Of a stretch of 64,000 nt of DNA, positions 1-11,230 are shown piece by piece. The DNA comes from Lama glama (taxonomy: Eukaryota). A model generated the notes under the pieces. It saw only the letters and a program-made list of their open reading frames with translations. It was not told the DNA's origin and did no database searches. The stretch spans positions 10,664,001 through 10,728,000 of the forward strand of contig CM052821.1 of the NCBI GenBank assembly GCA_028534125.1. Reading direction: 5' to 3'. The translations under genes were made by a program, and so were the position numbers. Within the stretch, counting starts at the first letter, position 1. The number at the start of each line of letters is the position of its first letter.

Positions 1-526
1 CAACGCAAAAATGAGATCCCTAAAATGCCTTACACTGGCAAGGCTTGCCCTGCCAATGAATTTGTTCTGAGGGAAAAAAAAAAAACCCCCACAAGTTTTC
101 TGATTTTGCAAGCCTTTATAAACTTGTAGAATATTTATTAAACCAAATTCAAAATGGCAGGCTACGATCCGAAGGAATAAACATCTCAGAAGAATTACTC
201 AAGAGGAAATGCTGATCACAATTTAAACAATATTTGTGAATATCTCATGAACATGATACAAACGAGCAAATTTCCTGTGTAGTGTACTCTTTCCTATGAT
301 CAGATAGTTTCTGAATCATAGATTTTGTGATTCTGCTTCTTTGATCTGGAAATTGCAGCTTCAGTTCAAACTCAGGTATTGTATCTACAAGGTACTCTAG
401 GTCCAGGGCATCACAGCATTCAGCAGCTGGGGCGATGCTCCGCGTCAGCTTCCAATTCTAAAGTTTTCAAAGTAGTTTAACATCTACACTTATCACTTCA
501 CTCTTGCAAAAATTCCTAGGTGATAC

Positions 527-1170
527 TGTTAGAACAGGCAGATAGCTAGATATGAGCAGAGAAAGGGGGACGCAGACCAAATGGCAAGAATTGGGCAGAA
601 AGGAGGGGCACAGGCCAAATGCAGGAAACCACACATCATGTAAGCACCAGGGGTCCCTGGGCAGAGAAAGAAAAGCAGGCACCTTTGGGCTGGTAAGTGG
701 TCACACCTTTTGAGGTGATGACTGGTCTGGAGATGAACAAAGAAAGGTGAGAAAAGGCAGGAATTTAGTGCCTGAATGTAACCTTTTGCTCATTATGCCC
801 TCACCTCAATAAAATTAGCCTTCCAGATTAGAAGTACTCATCATGCACCGATGCCATGACACTTCCGATCCTGACTAAAGACAAAAATCCCTCCTCCCTT
901 TGGGAAGGTGGAGTTGGGATGATAATCAGGGAACATGACCCCAAACCCTTCCCTCCCCAGTGAATATTCCGCCCATTCATTTTTACACCCTATGTAACTA
1001 ACTTGCCAAAGAAACTCAGGGCAGCCGCTCACCTGAGCCTTCCCCTTGGGAGTGTATTATCCATCCTTTAATAAATTCTCTCTTTACTTTTTTAACCACT
1101 ACATCTTGTCCCTGAATTCTTTCTGGGAGGGGACAAGAACCTGGAACACTGGTTACATCCACAGGCAACA
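527..1170 (+). mobile_element. ERV1-class solo LTR
   Basis: TGTT...AACA termini, near-perfect 4-bp TSD ATAC/GTAC, AATAAA at 1070, and a U5-like GAATTCTTTC...GGACAAGAAC motif. Confidence 0.85.
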
Positions 1171-2064
1171 GTACCACCAGTAAGTATTACTATAATTTTA
1201 AGACAACTTGAAGACCAGTGAGGTTGAGCTACGTCACTGGACTAACAATCCTGACCTCACAGTACCCGCTTCCATTTCCACAGCTTACTCATCCTCAAGA
1301 AAGGAAGAATTATAAATGGCAGGTCTTACTTTCGGCCGAGGCTGGCCAAATGAGCCCAGACCAGACACCCCTGAACTGGAGCAGCATTCTAAGACAGACT
1401 CAGCAGGGACCCACACACACTGGTTAGCGGCACAACTCTTTGTTTAAATGCCTTTGCCAGTGTCTTCGTCCATATTCCTTCAGGTCAACTGACTCCAAAT
1501 TCCTGGGTTTGTTTCTCCTAAAACGTTTGGCTATCATGAGACACATTTTCATTACTACCTCATGTATATTCCCTATAAACACAAAGAAAGTTCGGCCATC
1601 CTATTTATCTAAATTGAGTAACAGAACAGTGTAGTCACCGAAGTTCACGGTCACACAGCACTTCGGTGTCCCGACCCATAAAATGGGTGTCCTGCCAACC
1701 TTACATGACTGTCGTAAGAATTAAGTGAGACAAAAATGTGTTGACTACGAGTGCCACGGCGACACAAAATGAAGCTATTGCTATTTATATACGCATAGTG
1801 GGGGCAGGGTGGGGGATAACTTTACAGCAGTGTTTATCAAACTTTTTCCTCATTAACGCCAAGGATTCACTATCATATCCAGATCAGCCTTCCACCTAGG
1901 GAGAAATTAGCAGGATTTTCAAGTGGATGAAACAAAACTAATGGCAATGAGATTCTCATGAAATAAGATCCATAATCCCCCAGTCCATTAGCTAATCAAA
2001 TATTTATACTGTTCTTATTTTATTTTTCATTCTTATATCCACAACTAGACTGTCCAGGAATCGG

Positions 2065-2220
2065 CATAATGATTGAGCCTAAGTTCCAATCCTACTTGCA
2101 CCATTTACTTGCCGTGACTTTAGTGAACTACTTAACTTTCCAGATCCTCAATTTTATCATACATAGAAAGGGTACTATAATAGCACCTACCAGCATTATT
2201 ACAATTATTAAATGTATTAA
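2065..2220 (+). mobile_element. MIR SINE fragment
   Basis: Degenerate MIR core (ccatttacttgccgtgactttagtgaactacttaactt...ataatagcacctacc). Confidence 0.7.
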
Positions 2221-3324
2221 TAAATATAGTATTTATTATTATACAGGGTACTGTATAAATGTTACTCTTTTAATGCACTGGCTAGTTTTTAATACTGACA
2301 GTCATAGAGCAGACACAATAAATCCTGACTGATGGATTAGAAAGCAGGATGAACATGTGAAGTCATCCGGTCTACCCTCATAGGCAGCAAGGCTACATCA
2401 GAACAATCAGATCAATCACTGCTTTGTCTATTTTTAAAGATTCTTAAGGACATGTCTATATTTGAACCTCATTACGTATTTAACAATCTATACCATTAGG
2501 TTAATTATAAGAATGAATTCCCTAAATCCACTGGGATTGCCCCTAAATTCATTTCCACAGCTGGCCTCTCTACATTATTACAGACTATTGGTCAGCTTTC
2601 TTTTTCAAAACCCAGCCACCTCAGCCCCGTTACTCCTTCCTCAGGGTTAGCAATGTTTATTTTCATTTGAATTCCCAAGTGTAGAAATATTTCAGGCATA
2701 CACTGACCTAGGTTAAAACACTCTTGAAGAACTCAAAGAGGATTACACTGGAAAGTGGAAGAAAACCAAAAACCACAAAGTAAACTTTCAATAGGTTTCA
2801 GTCTTGCATGCACTGGCTCCAAAGAATGCCACTGATTCAACAATTCTGATCGAAACTATTTATTGTAGAAGGTAAACAAATATATTCATTTTTATTCATC
2901 CCTATTATAATATTATGAAAACTGAGCCCCAGTAAAAACTGAATAAAGTCACTTGAGGAATAAAATCAATTACAGACACACTGTGTACTTACACTCAGAC
3001 AGACTTGGAAATTCAGCGCTTTAAGCTAATTTCCCTCTTGGTATTTTCAGACCTAATTCAATAACACAAGTAATGCTTATTAGTAATATTAATGTGCCAT
3101 ATGCTAGCTCTGTCAACTGAATGTTCTTCTTGGTTTTTTTTTTTTTTGACTAAAATGTCAATCTAACGTTTGGAATCCCACCCAAGAGAATCTAAGCAAA
3201 ATTACAATGAACAAATTCATTCTACAGGCATAATAATTAGCCAGGGGCCCACTCATGAATGTGTATAATTAAGTTCTTATACACATTATAATAATTTGAA
3301 ATCATGAGATTTGCATAATTTGGC

Positions 3325-3480
3325 TAATATAAACAGCTACTAGTCCCAGGCACTGTACAAAGTCCTTTAAGTATATTATCTCATTTTATCTTTACAATGA
3401 GAAAAAAATGGCTCAGAGATTCAACAACTTACTTAAGGTTGCACAACCAGTATCAGAGTAGATTTAAATTCAGTCATTCT
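3325..3480 (-). mobile_element. MIR SINE fragment
   Basis: caggcactgt...attatctcattt...ggctcagaga...acttacttaaggttgcaca pattern. Confidence 0.7.
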
Positions 3481-3845
3481 AACATCACAAAGCCCTTCCC
3501 AACGAGCCTTGTCTACTGCTTCGTACTAGAGAGACATTTGAGAAACATTTGTGGTAACACAGAGAAAAAACAGATTAAACCAGAAACATCTTTTCTGCAA
3601 ACAGCTACTAATACCACCAAACCAAGGAGAGAGAGGAGGTCTCTAATGAAGACCCCCCAAAAAATCTATTTTAATTTTTTTGTTTGTTCTTCAAAGAGCA
3701 GTAGAAAATATCTCATATCTCCAATTTTTATATTAAGGGCAAACTATTTGATTATTATGAGTATTAAAAATTACATTTCAGTACATTGAACGGACAGATT
3801 ATTTCACCAGTTTTAATAGGTAAGAAAAGTTCAAAAGAAATGTAC

Positions 3846-4026
3846 ACGTTAGATAAACAACAAGGTCCTACTGTACAGCACAGGGAACTGCATTCAGTAC
3901 CTGGTAATAGCCTATAATGAGAAAGAATATGAAAAGGAATATATACATGTATAAATAAATCACTATGCTATACACTGGAAATTAGCACAGCATTATAAAT
4001 CAAAACAAACACCAAATTAAAAAAAA
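3846..4026 (+). mobile_element. 5'-truncated cetartiodactyl-type L1 3' end
   Basis: tagataaacaacaaggtcctactgtacagcacagggaact motif, poly(A) tail, and 13-bp TSD AAAAGAAATGTAC (3833-3845 / 4027-4039). Confidence 0.9.
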
Positions 4027-4059
4027 AAAAGAAATGTACCCCTTCCTCATTTTAATGCA

Positions 4060-4441
4060 AAAGGCTTCAGCAGCTCCCCTGTCGTCCAGGGCGCATCAGC
4101 ACAGCTGGTAGCTCACATCCACAGTGGTGGTCTCAGGGAAGGGCATATAATCCCATCAGAGCTATTTGCTGGGATTTCTAGGGAAGAGAAGTTACCTGAA
4201 CCCTTTCTTTCCGCGGGTGACATGGAGAAAGGCCAGAAACAGGTGGGAAACCACCACTGCCCTCAGCTGTAAGGGGAGAGCTGGAGCTGCCGGAGTGCCC
4301 TCCATGAAACCTGAGGGCAAGGCTGGTTCCCGAACCTAAAACCACCTCTGAACCGTTCACTCGTTGCACTGATGAATTCCCTTGATTATTCAGGCCATTT
4401 GGCTTACTTGTCCCCTATGACCAAAGACTCCTAATTCAAAC
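4060..4441 (+). mobile_element. Old ERVL LTR (LTR16/LTR33-like)
   Basis: 3' end ...tgaccaaagactcctaattcaaaca resembles LTR16/33 termini. Confidence 0.55.
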
Positions 4442-4458
4442 AGAGAGTCAGAAGTCAA

Positions 4459-4617
4459 GGTGGGTGGGTATAGCTCAATGGTAGAGTGTGTGCTCAGCAT
4501 TCACAAGGTTGGGTTCAATCCCCAGTCCCTCCATTAAAGTAAATAAATAAATAAACCTAATTATCTCCCCTCCCTGCTCCCCCCCAAAATAGATAAAATA
4601 AAATTAAAAAAAAAAAA
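4459..4617 (+). mobile_element. Vic-1-type camelid tRNA-derived SINE
   Basis: A box (tagctcaatggtag), B box (ggttcaatcccc), taaacctaatta-ccc segment and A-rich tail. Confidence 0.88.
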
Positions 4618-5544
4618 CAAAGTGAGTCTTCAGAAAGCACAACCTTAAAAACATTCTGTTAAAAAAAAAAAGATTTGCATCTGATGCCTCCTAGGTTCTG
4701 CCACAACAGGGTTAAGAGTGTTCTGCCCGCGCGTTCATCTTAGCCAATTTCCCTCTCCTAAGGCAGATCAGACGCCTCTTCCCTTCACAGACAGCGGCTG
4801 CCATTTCCAAAGACAGTCAGCCTGGCCCCAGGAAGATCCGGGAGGAGACTGTGGAGGCGGCCCGGGAGGAATGAGGCTGCCAGGGTGGACCAAGTGCCTG
4901 GACTAAATAGCCCCCGTGCGGGAGCCAGGAGGAGGGCCACCTGCCAGAGGATGTGGTCACCAACAAATGTGGAGGCAGCCGGGCATGCGGGTTCAGGCAC
5001 ACCGTCAGCGTCAGGGAGGGAAGGGAAAAACCAAGAGTGGTTCTCCAACTTGTTGGGTTCCCGGCCCATATTCAAATATTGGAAACACTGACCAGGACAC
5101 TTTTCTTAAAGCAGTGCATGCAGAAGCTTGAGAAAATAGCCGTTTTTCATATTGAAGAATGGGGAAGGGAGGTTTATAGGCTCAGCCATCAGCACGTTCT
5201 GCTGAGTGCCAGCTCTGCTCAGATATCCCGCGGCTCCACTAGGTCCCTCCCGGGCACTGGGAGCTGCTTTTGAATAGAACTGTTTACCGCCAGGCCCGGA
5301 TTTCTACTGAGCCCAGGAGGTGGTTTTCTTACATTCCAGTCAACCCTTGATCTTTCTTAGGCGCAGGGAAGCAGTTAGGTCTCCTATCTCTCTCTGCAGG
5401 AAACCGGATCCCACTCAGAGCAGCCAGCAAAGCATGACTAATAATGTGGGGTGAAAAGAAATATACTTTGACCGCAATTGAGGGCCCAAGATTTAAGGTA
5501 CCACTGTGAGGGAGGCAGGGAGCAAGGGAACCCAAACCAGGGCC

Positions 5545-6112
5545 TGTTGCCTAGAGACATCTTTAAAAGCTTAAAATTAACATCTTGTTGGCCTTAGGTG
5601 ATACTTTTGCTTGAGTACCGGAAAAGGCCACCCTGAAGGAATACAAAGGCCTGACCAGATCTAATCTATGTGACCACATTGTTTACAGGTCTCGTTTTTT
5701 TCCATCTGGCTTGACTACATTTTTTTGAGGGTCCCTAGTTACCTAATTTGAGCCAGACCACTGTATTTGAGGGTCCCGAGTTACCTGATTTTGTTTTTGC
5801 AGCATGCTTGTTCCACAGAGCAGAACAGAGCTGGAAACCAAGAAGGAAAAGAGCAGCCAGTGGAAAGGGGACAAGAAGCACCAAAGACAACGAAGAAAAG
5901 GACCGGAGCGGGGGTTCTTCCGAAAAGCCACCTGGGCTGATGGCTCCCTCACTTAGAGTCTTTCCACCTGAGTGTGTTTTCCTCTTTTGAGCAAAAAAGC
6001 AGCTTTCACTCTGCCCCTTTGTCTCCACTGTGAATTCTTTCACGGCCAGAGGACAAGAACACACTCTTCAGGGTTTTCCCCCTCTTTTAGGGGGCTTCCG
6101 CGGCCACTAACA
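5545..6112 (+). mobile_element. ERV1-class solo LTR
   Basis: TGTT...AACA ends, an internal ~43-bp duplicated unit (tttgagggtccc.agttacct.att) typical of U3, and a U5 motif shared with the LTR at 527. 5' boundary uncertain. Confidence 0.7.
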
Positions 6113-7179
6113 CCTGGTAGACAGCTAAAGAAAGGAAGGGAGGTACAGCTCACATTATTAACTCGAGGGACACGAGCAGACCATGATCAGGGCCAGCTAC
6201 AGGCAGTGGGCAGGGAGCACCACACAGGGGGAGCAAGTATCCAAACTGAAACACAAACCAAGGTTAGAGCCGCACTGATACTAGTGCTGATTTTTCAAAT
6301 CCTTCTTGCCTGGAGTCAGAATTGGTCCCAGAGACTGCTGAGTGGCTGAGTCAGGAGGTGGAGCTCAAGGGGGTGGGGGGTGGGGTCTGTGAAGGCTGGA
6401 ATCCAGGCAGAGTCTAAGAGCCTGCTTTAACCCAAGCAGTGGGGATGACTAACAGTAGAAACCAGACTCGAGAACTCGTGAGTCACCCTTAAGGGAAACC
6501 ACCGCTCGCGTCAGTAACTTCTCTGGGAACTTGGAACACATGTGTTAGAACAAATATTTTAGAATCTAATATCTTGCACCAACAAGACTGAATCACTCCT
6601 ACATTTTGGATGGGTCACAGTTACTGTTTCTGTTCTCAGAGCTCTTCAGTTACCAGAGGAGGCTAATAATTCCGGCTTAGAATATTTTTACCAGTTAAAA
6701 AACAGCAGTAGGAATTGACCTTTTGGAAAAGTGAATTATTACACTGGAACTCCTGACACTGAGGGAGAGTGTCCACAATCAGTGCCCCCTGGACCAGCTG
6801 TCATTCCCATCAGTAAAATCGTCAGGGGACCGATGCTCAGAATGAACGTGCTGCTTGGTTTTGCGATCAGAGCAGAGCAATTAAAATCCGAATTTCTATA
6901 AACCAGGTATGAGTTCACTTTCCTCACACATTCCCTTCCAACTTAAAGAAAACATTCGCTAATTTCCTATTAGAGACAAGGCATTGTATGAGCTTCTAAA
7001 AAAGATGGCAAACTTGCACAGATAACAAAGAAACCAAATAAATACCTGGCTGTAGAGTAAAAATAGAATTAAAAGGTTAAGTATTGTTAGCTTGCTCCTT
7101 ATCAGAGATGGGATCCGTCAAGATTCCATTCAAAATGTTTCTTTCCAGACATCCTTATAGTTGAAATAAGCCAGAAATA

Positions 7180-7490
7180 AGCCACTGCTACTGACACCCA
7201 CAACAACATGGATGCAATTTCAAAAATGTTATGCTAAGTGAAAGAGGCCAGATACACGAAAGACTATATTCTACACGGTTCCATTTGTATGAAGTTTAAG
7301 AACAGGTGAAAGCAGTCAATGGTAGCAAATGTCACTAAATGTTTGCCTGGCCTGGGGGGGGGAACAGCCTGACCTGAAAGGATGATGGAAATGTTTTCTG
7401 TCTTGTTTTTGGTAGGCAGGCATAGTACTGCCCAAACTTACCAAACTGAACAGTTAACTGTGCATTTTACAGTATGTGAAATATGCCTTT
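7180..7490 (+). mobile_element. Old L1M (L1MB/ME-type) 3' end
   Basis: acaacatggatg...atgctaagtgaaagaggccagataca...gatggaaatgtt...tgtgcatttta. Confidence 0.8.
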
Positions 7491-8599
7491 TAAATGTTTA
7501 AAAAAAAAAAGCAAACACCACTGTACTAGGAATAGAGGGTTCAAATAAAAGCATGGCAAAGGGTTAATGATCGTATCCCTTATACTTGATGGCATTTATA
7601 AAGAAAATATTCTATTTGAAAGGAATTAGCTGTAACGGATATAACAATACGTTTAACAGTGCAGTCGTATCGCCTGCTAGATTTCAGTCATGTAAGAAAG
7701 ATCCTAACGCAGAAAAATAACAGGATTTTTCAACAGTAAATGAAAACAATTTGCATCTGTTTCTTCTGCCCTATGAACTGAAAACCAAACCAGTTTTAAG
7801 TTGCATCTTCCATATTACTCTGTTTCTTAGCAGGGTACTCTGGCTATCCACAGGGAAGGAATTCTGGAGGGTGATTCTCTAGTATTTGGGCTTTTCAAGG
7901 GGAGAATTCTTGAGCGAGCATCTCAGAGTCCCTGTGGGGCTTGTCCACCCTCACACAAATTCTGATTCATGCCTTGGGGGCGAGGCTTTGACTACCCAGC
8001 CAAAGTCAGTCACTTCCTAACAGGAAGGAGTCACACCCTCGAAGCAGGGCAGGACGACTAGAGAACAAGTTTCTGGCTGAGAATCTAGAAAAGGGACTCT
8101 TGCTGGCTCCTCGCCCCTTGTAAGTCAAGAGAGGAAAGGGCGGAGTGCAGGGAACAGAGGTACTTGCTCCATCTCTTGCCTCTTCCTTGATCAACTCGGG
8201 CTGAGGGGGGAGGCACAGAATTGCTTGTGCCCAGCCTCTCCTTCTCCTTTAACTGAAGTTAGAAGATTACGCTAAACTGAGCTACAAAGAAAGAATAAAA
8301 GGAACTGGGAGTGACCTACCAAGTTTCCCTGCTTTCCAACCCAGGGCTCACATGTTAGCCAACCTACCAAGGAATAAAGAGGCACAGGACCGAGGGTGCA
8401 GCACCGGAGCTCCTTGCTCACCTTTGCAAGGTGCGTTAACATCTGTAGAAATCAGTGCAAACAAAACTTCCGCCTGGAGGATTTCCCCCAGTACAGCTGG
8501 AGTCGTGAGCCCAAAAATACGTGCGGTATTTTACACATTAATCTAATGTGCATCTTGCGCCTTCTCAGAGACCTGCCTTTTCCCCTTCACTCTTTTAAT

Positions 8600-8733
8600 T
8601 TTTAATTAAAGAAAAAATGTTTGGAGGGGTTGAATTAAGTTTATTACTTTATTTGTAAAGGAGGGACTGGGGATTGAACCCATGACCTCGTGCATGCTAA
8701 GCACATGCTCCATCACTGAGCTCCACCCTTCCC
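8600..8733 (-). mobile_element. Vic-1-type SINE
   Basis: actggggattgaacccatgacctcgtgcatgctaagcacatgctccatcactgagct is the reverse complement of the B/A boxes. Confidence 0.88.
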
Positions 8734-8904
8734 ACTGGAGACTTGCTTTTTAAAGATTAGACTCTAAGGCCATGCTGTTTTCAGACTGATGAGCATAAGA
8801 GCTGCCGTTGTTACCCAGCCCCCTGAACCGGCTTTGGATCCCCCCCACCCAGGTCTGTCTTCAGCTGTGCTCTCCTGGTTCCGGCTCTTTCTGAACTATC
8901 TTTA

Positions 8905-9060
8905 AATATAATTTGCTGGTATCTGTGGGCATGTTTGTCACCCCTTGCCAGCAGGCCTACTCGTCCAGGGCAGAGGCCATTTCTTCTGTCTTGTGTATTC
9001 AGTTCCTAGCACCTGGCACAGAGAAGGCGCTGGATAGACATTAGGTAAGTCAATGGATTT
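8905..9060 (+). mobile_element. L2 3' end fragment
   Basis: agggcagaggcc...cctagcacctggcacagagaaggcgct pattern. Confidence 0.65.
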
Positions 9061-10579
9061 CCAGATGTGTTTTCTGGGCTTTACTTGATCACTTATTAGA
9101 ATATAAACGCCACTGAAGATGGGACCTCCTCTACCTGGTTCTGTACCCTCAGACCTTAAATAGCTCATGACCCAAACAGGGTCTTCAGAGAGCGTGAGAT
9201 GAGATCAAGCCAGTGCTCTGCGCTAAACGAAATCTCTATGCGCATGGCTTTTTTAAAATGCAGTAGACCTGATTTATGAAGGCCACAGCTAGCAAATCCC
9301 ATGATCATCTTTCAAAGAGGTTTTTGTGTGTGTGCCAAATAAGCCAGTCAAGATTGTGATTGAGCAAATCAGTATTTTGAAGAGTAAAACAAGCCACTAG
9401 CCACAGTTTAGGCAACTGTAACTCAGGAAAACCATGATTACCCCATTGCTCAAAAGCCCTTTGCTGTGTTGCTTTCCCTTCGAGCGGATGACTAGGGCTC
9501 TTAGACATGTTCACGTCTCCTCTGTGATTTGCAAGCTGCAAGATGCCTGTTATAGAAGTATGTACCCACTGGGTACTAAATACTATCTAAATTTAAATGC
9601 AGGCAGGAAATACGAGCCTGGTCTGGCATCTTCGGGCTGGAGTGCAGGCTGAAACCCAGTGGACAGCAAGAAGTGAGACCCTAAGTGCAGAAACTGAAGG
9701 ATGGAATCTTGGCTTTTATTGAAAAGTCACTTCTAGGAAAGGCTGACCGATTAAGCAAATAACCTTAAACTCTACTTTATCTGGGGATAAAAACAGCCGT
9801 CTTCCTTTCATTCTGCTCTCACCTACCCAAAAGGGATGGAATGCCTAACTTTTCTTAGGTCTGATGCTGCTGGAGGGAGCCTGGCAGCGTTGAATTTGTA
9901 ACAGCTGGGTACTGGCTGAACCATTCCTAAACTTCAGACTTACAAAATGAGAGATGTTGTTTCACATGCCTACTTTGCCAATTAGGTAGAGATTATTTTA
10001 TTTATTTATATCACTCGATTCAAAACAATTCAGACCATAAGGGGAGCCATTTCTTTGTGTGTTCTTATCTTCTGTTCTGTCATTTTGAGCTGTATCACAT
10101 CCATCTCTTTTAACAGGCTTTATGTGACTTCAAACTTTTCAATAAGCTAACAGACACTTCAGTCTTGCAGGCAAATTAAATATTTCAGAATTTTTCCGTT
10201 TAAAATAACTGACCATTCACATGATAAGCAGAATTATCTGTTTAAAAACCACATATTCTACTAAGTTTGTTTCATTAAAAGTTCACACAAACAGTATCAA
10301 GAACATTACCCTTTAGACCTTAATACAAGATACTTTCAAAATCTTAAACTTGCTAGATGAAGAAATGCTCTTATTTCTTACATATTTTCTTTAATGTAAA
10401 GGCTATCACATGTACCATTTAAATTTCATTATGAATCTTTGTCCTGTATTCTCTTACCCTTCTCCCTAAAATTCTATATATTCAAAGGGATCCTATTGTA
10501 ATATGCATCTACTGGAAAATCCAATTTAGGTTTTGCCAGTCACTTATATTTCTCCATTTTTAGTTGTTTCATGATGACT

Positions 10580-11230
10580 GCCACTATTATTTATTGGTCT
10601 CTTATGTGCCAGGAACTGTCCCTCATCCTTTTATACATTAATATTAAACCTTAAAACAATCCTATAAAGTATCATTACCTCTTCTGTATTATTACATCTA
10701 CTGCATCTTTCTGATATGGAAACCAAGGCTCCATAGTTTTATGAACCTGCCCAAGAGTTGATCTATAACCAAAGTCCTACCTTCCCAATCATACCACACA
10801 GCTCTTCAATAATCGATAACTTTCATTCATATACTCATTCACTCAACAAGAATTATTGATCATCCACTCTGTGCCAGGCATTATTCTGCTCACTGAGGGG
10901 ACAGTTCTCAAGAACTCAAGCCCACAGTTTAATGAAAAAGACAGAAAGTGATAATGAGCTGTATAAATGGAAGAAAGGTAAAATCTCTAAGAAAAATAAG
11001 AAGAGACACATTAACATAACATTAACAACATTAGCTCATTAATTATGGAAGGCTTTTAGTGTATCAGGCACCCCAGTCCTGCAAGGTAAGCTTTTTAAAA
11101 ATTATGCCATTTTTGACACAATCACCCTTGAAGTAGGTTCTAATATCAGCTCCCTTTCACAGAAGAGTAGAAAATTGTATCACTCAAGGTGACACAGCTA
11201 GTGAACGTCTGGGCAAGAGTCTAAACTCAT
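10580..11230 (-). mobile_element. Cluster of MIR and L2 3' fragments
   Basis: tgtgccagg...aaccaaggctc...ctgcccaag; ttcattcactcaacaag...tgtgccaggcatt; aaggtgacacagctagt. Confidence 0.65.

Noticed and set aside
1636-1668. 9-bp stem CACCGAAGT/ACTTCGGTG, and similar 8-bp stems elsewhere
   Set aside because: Within chance expectation for 64 kb, and it sits in MIR-like sequence.
4459-4535. tRNA-like A/B boxes here and in four other copies
   Set aside because: These are SINE heads followed by a SINE body and A-rich tail, not tRNA genes.
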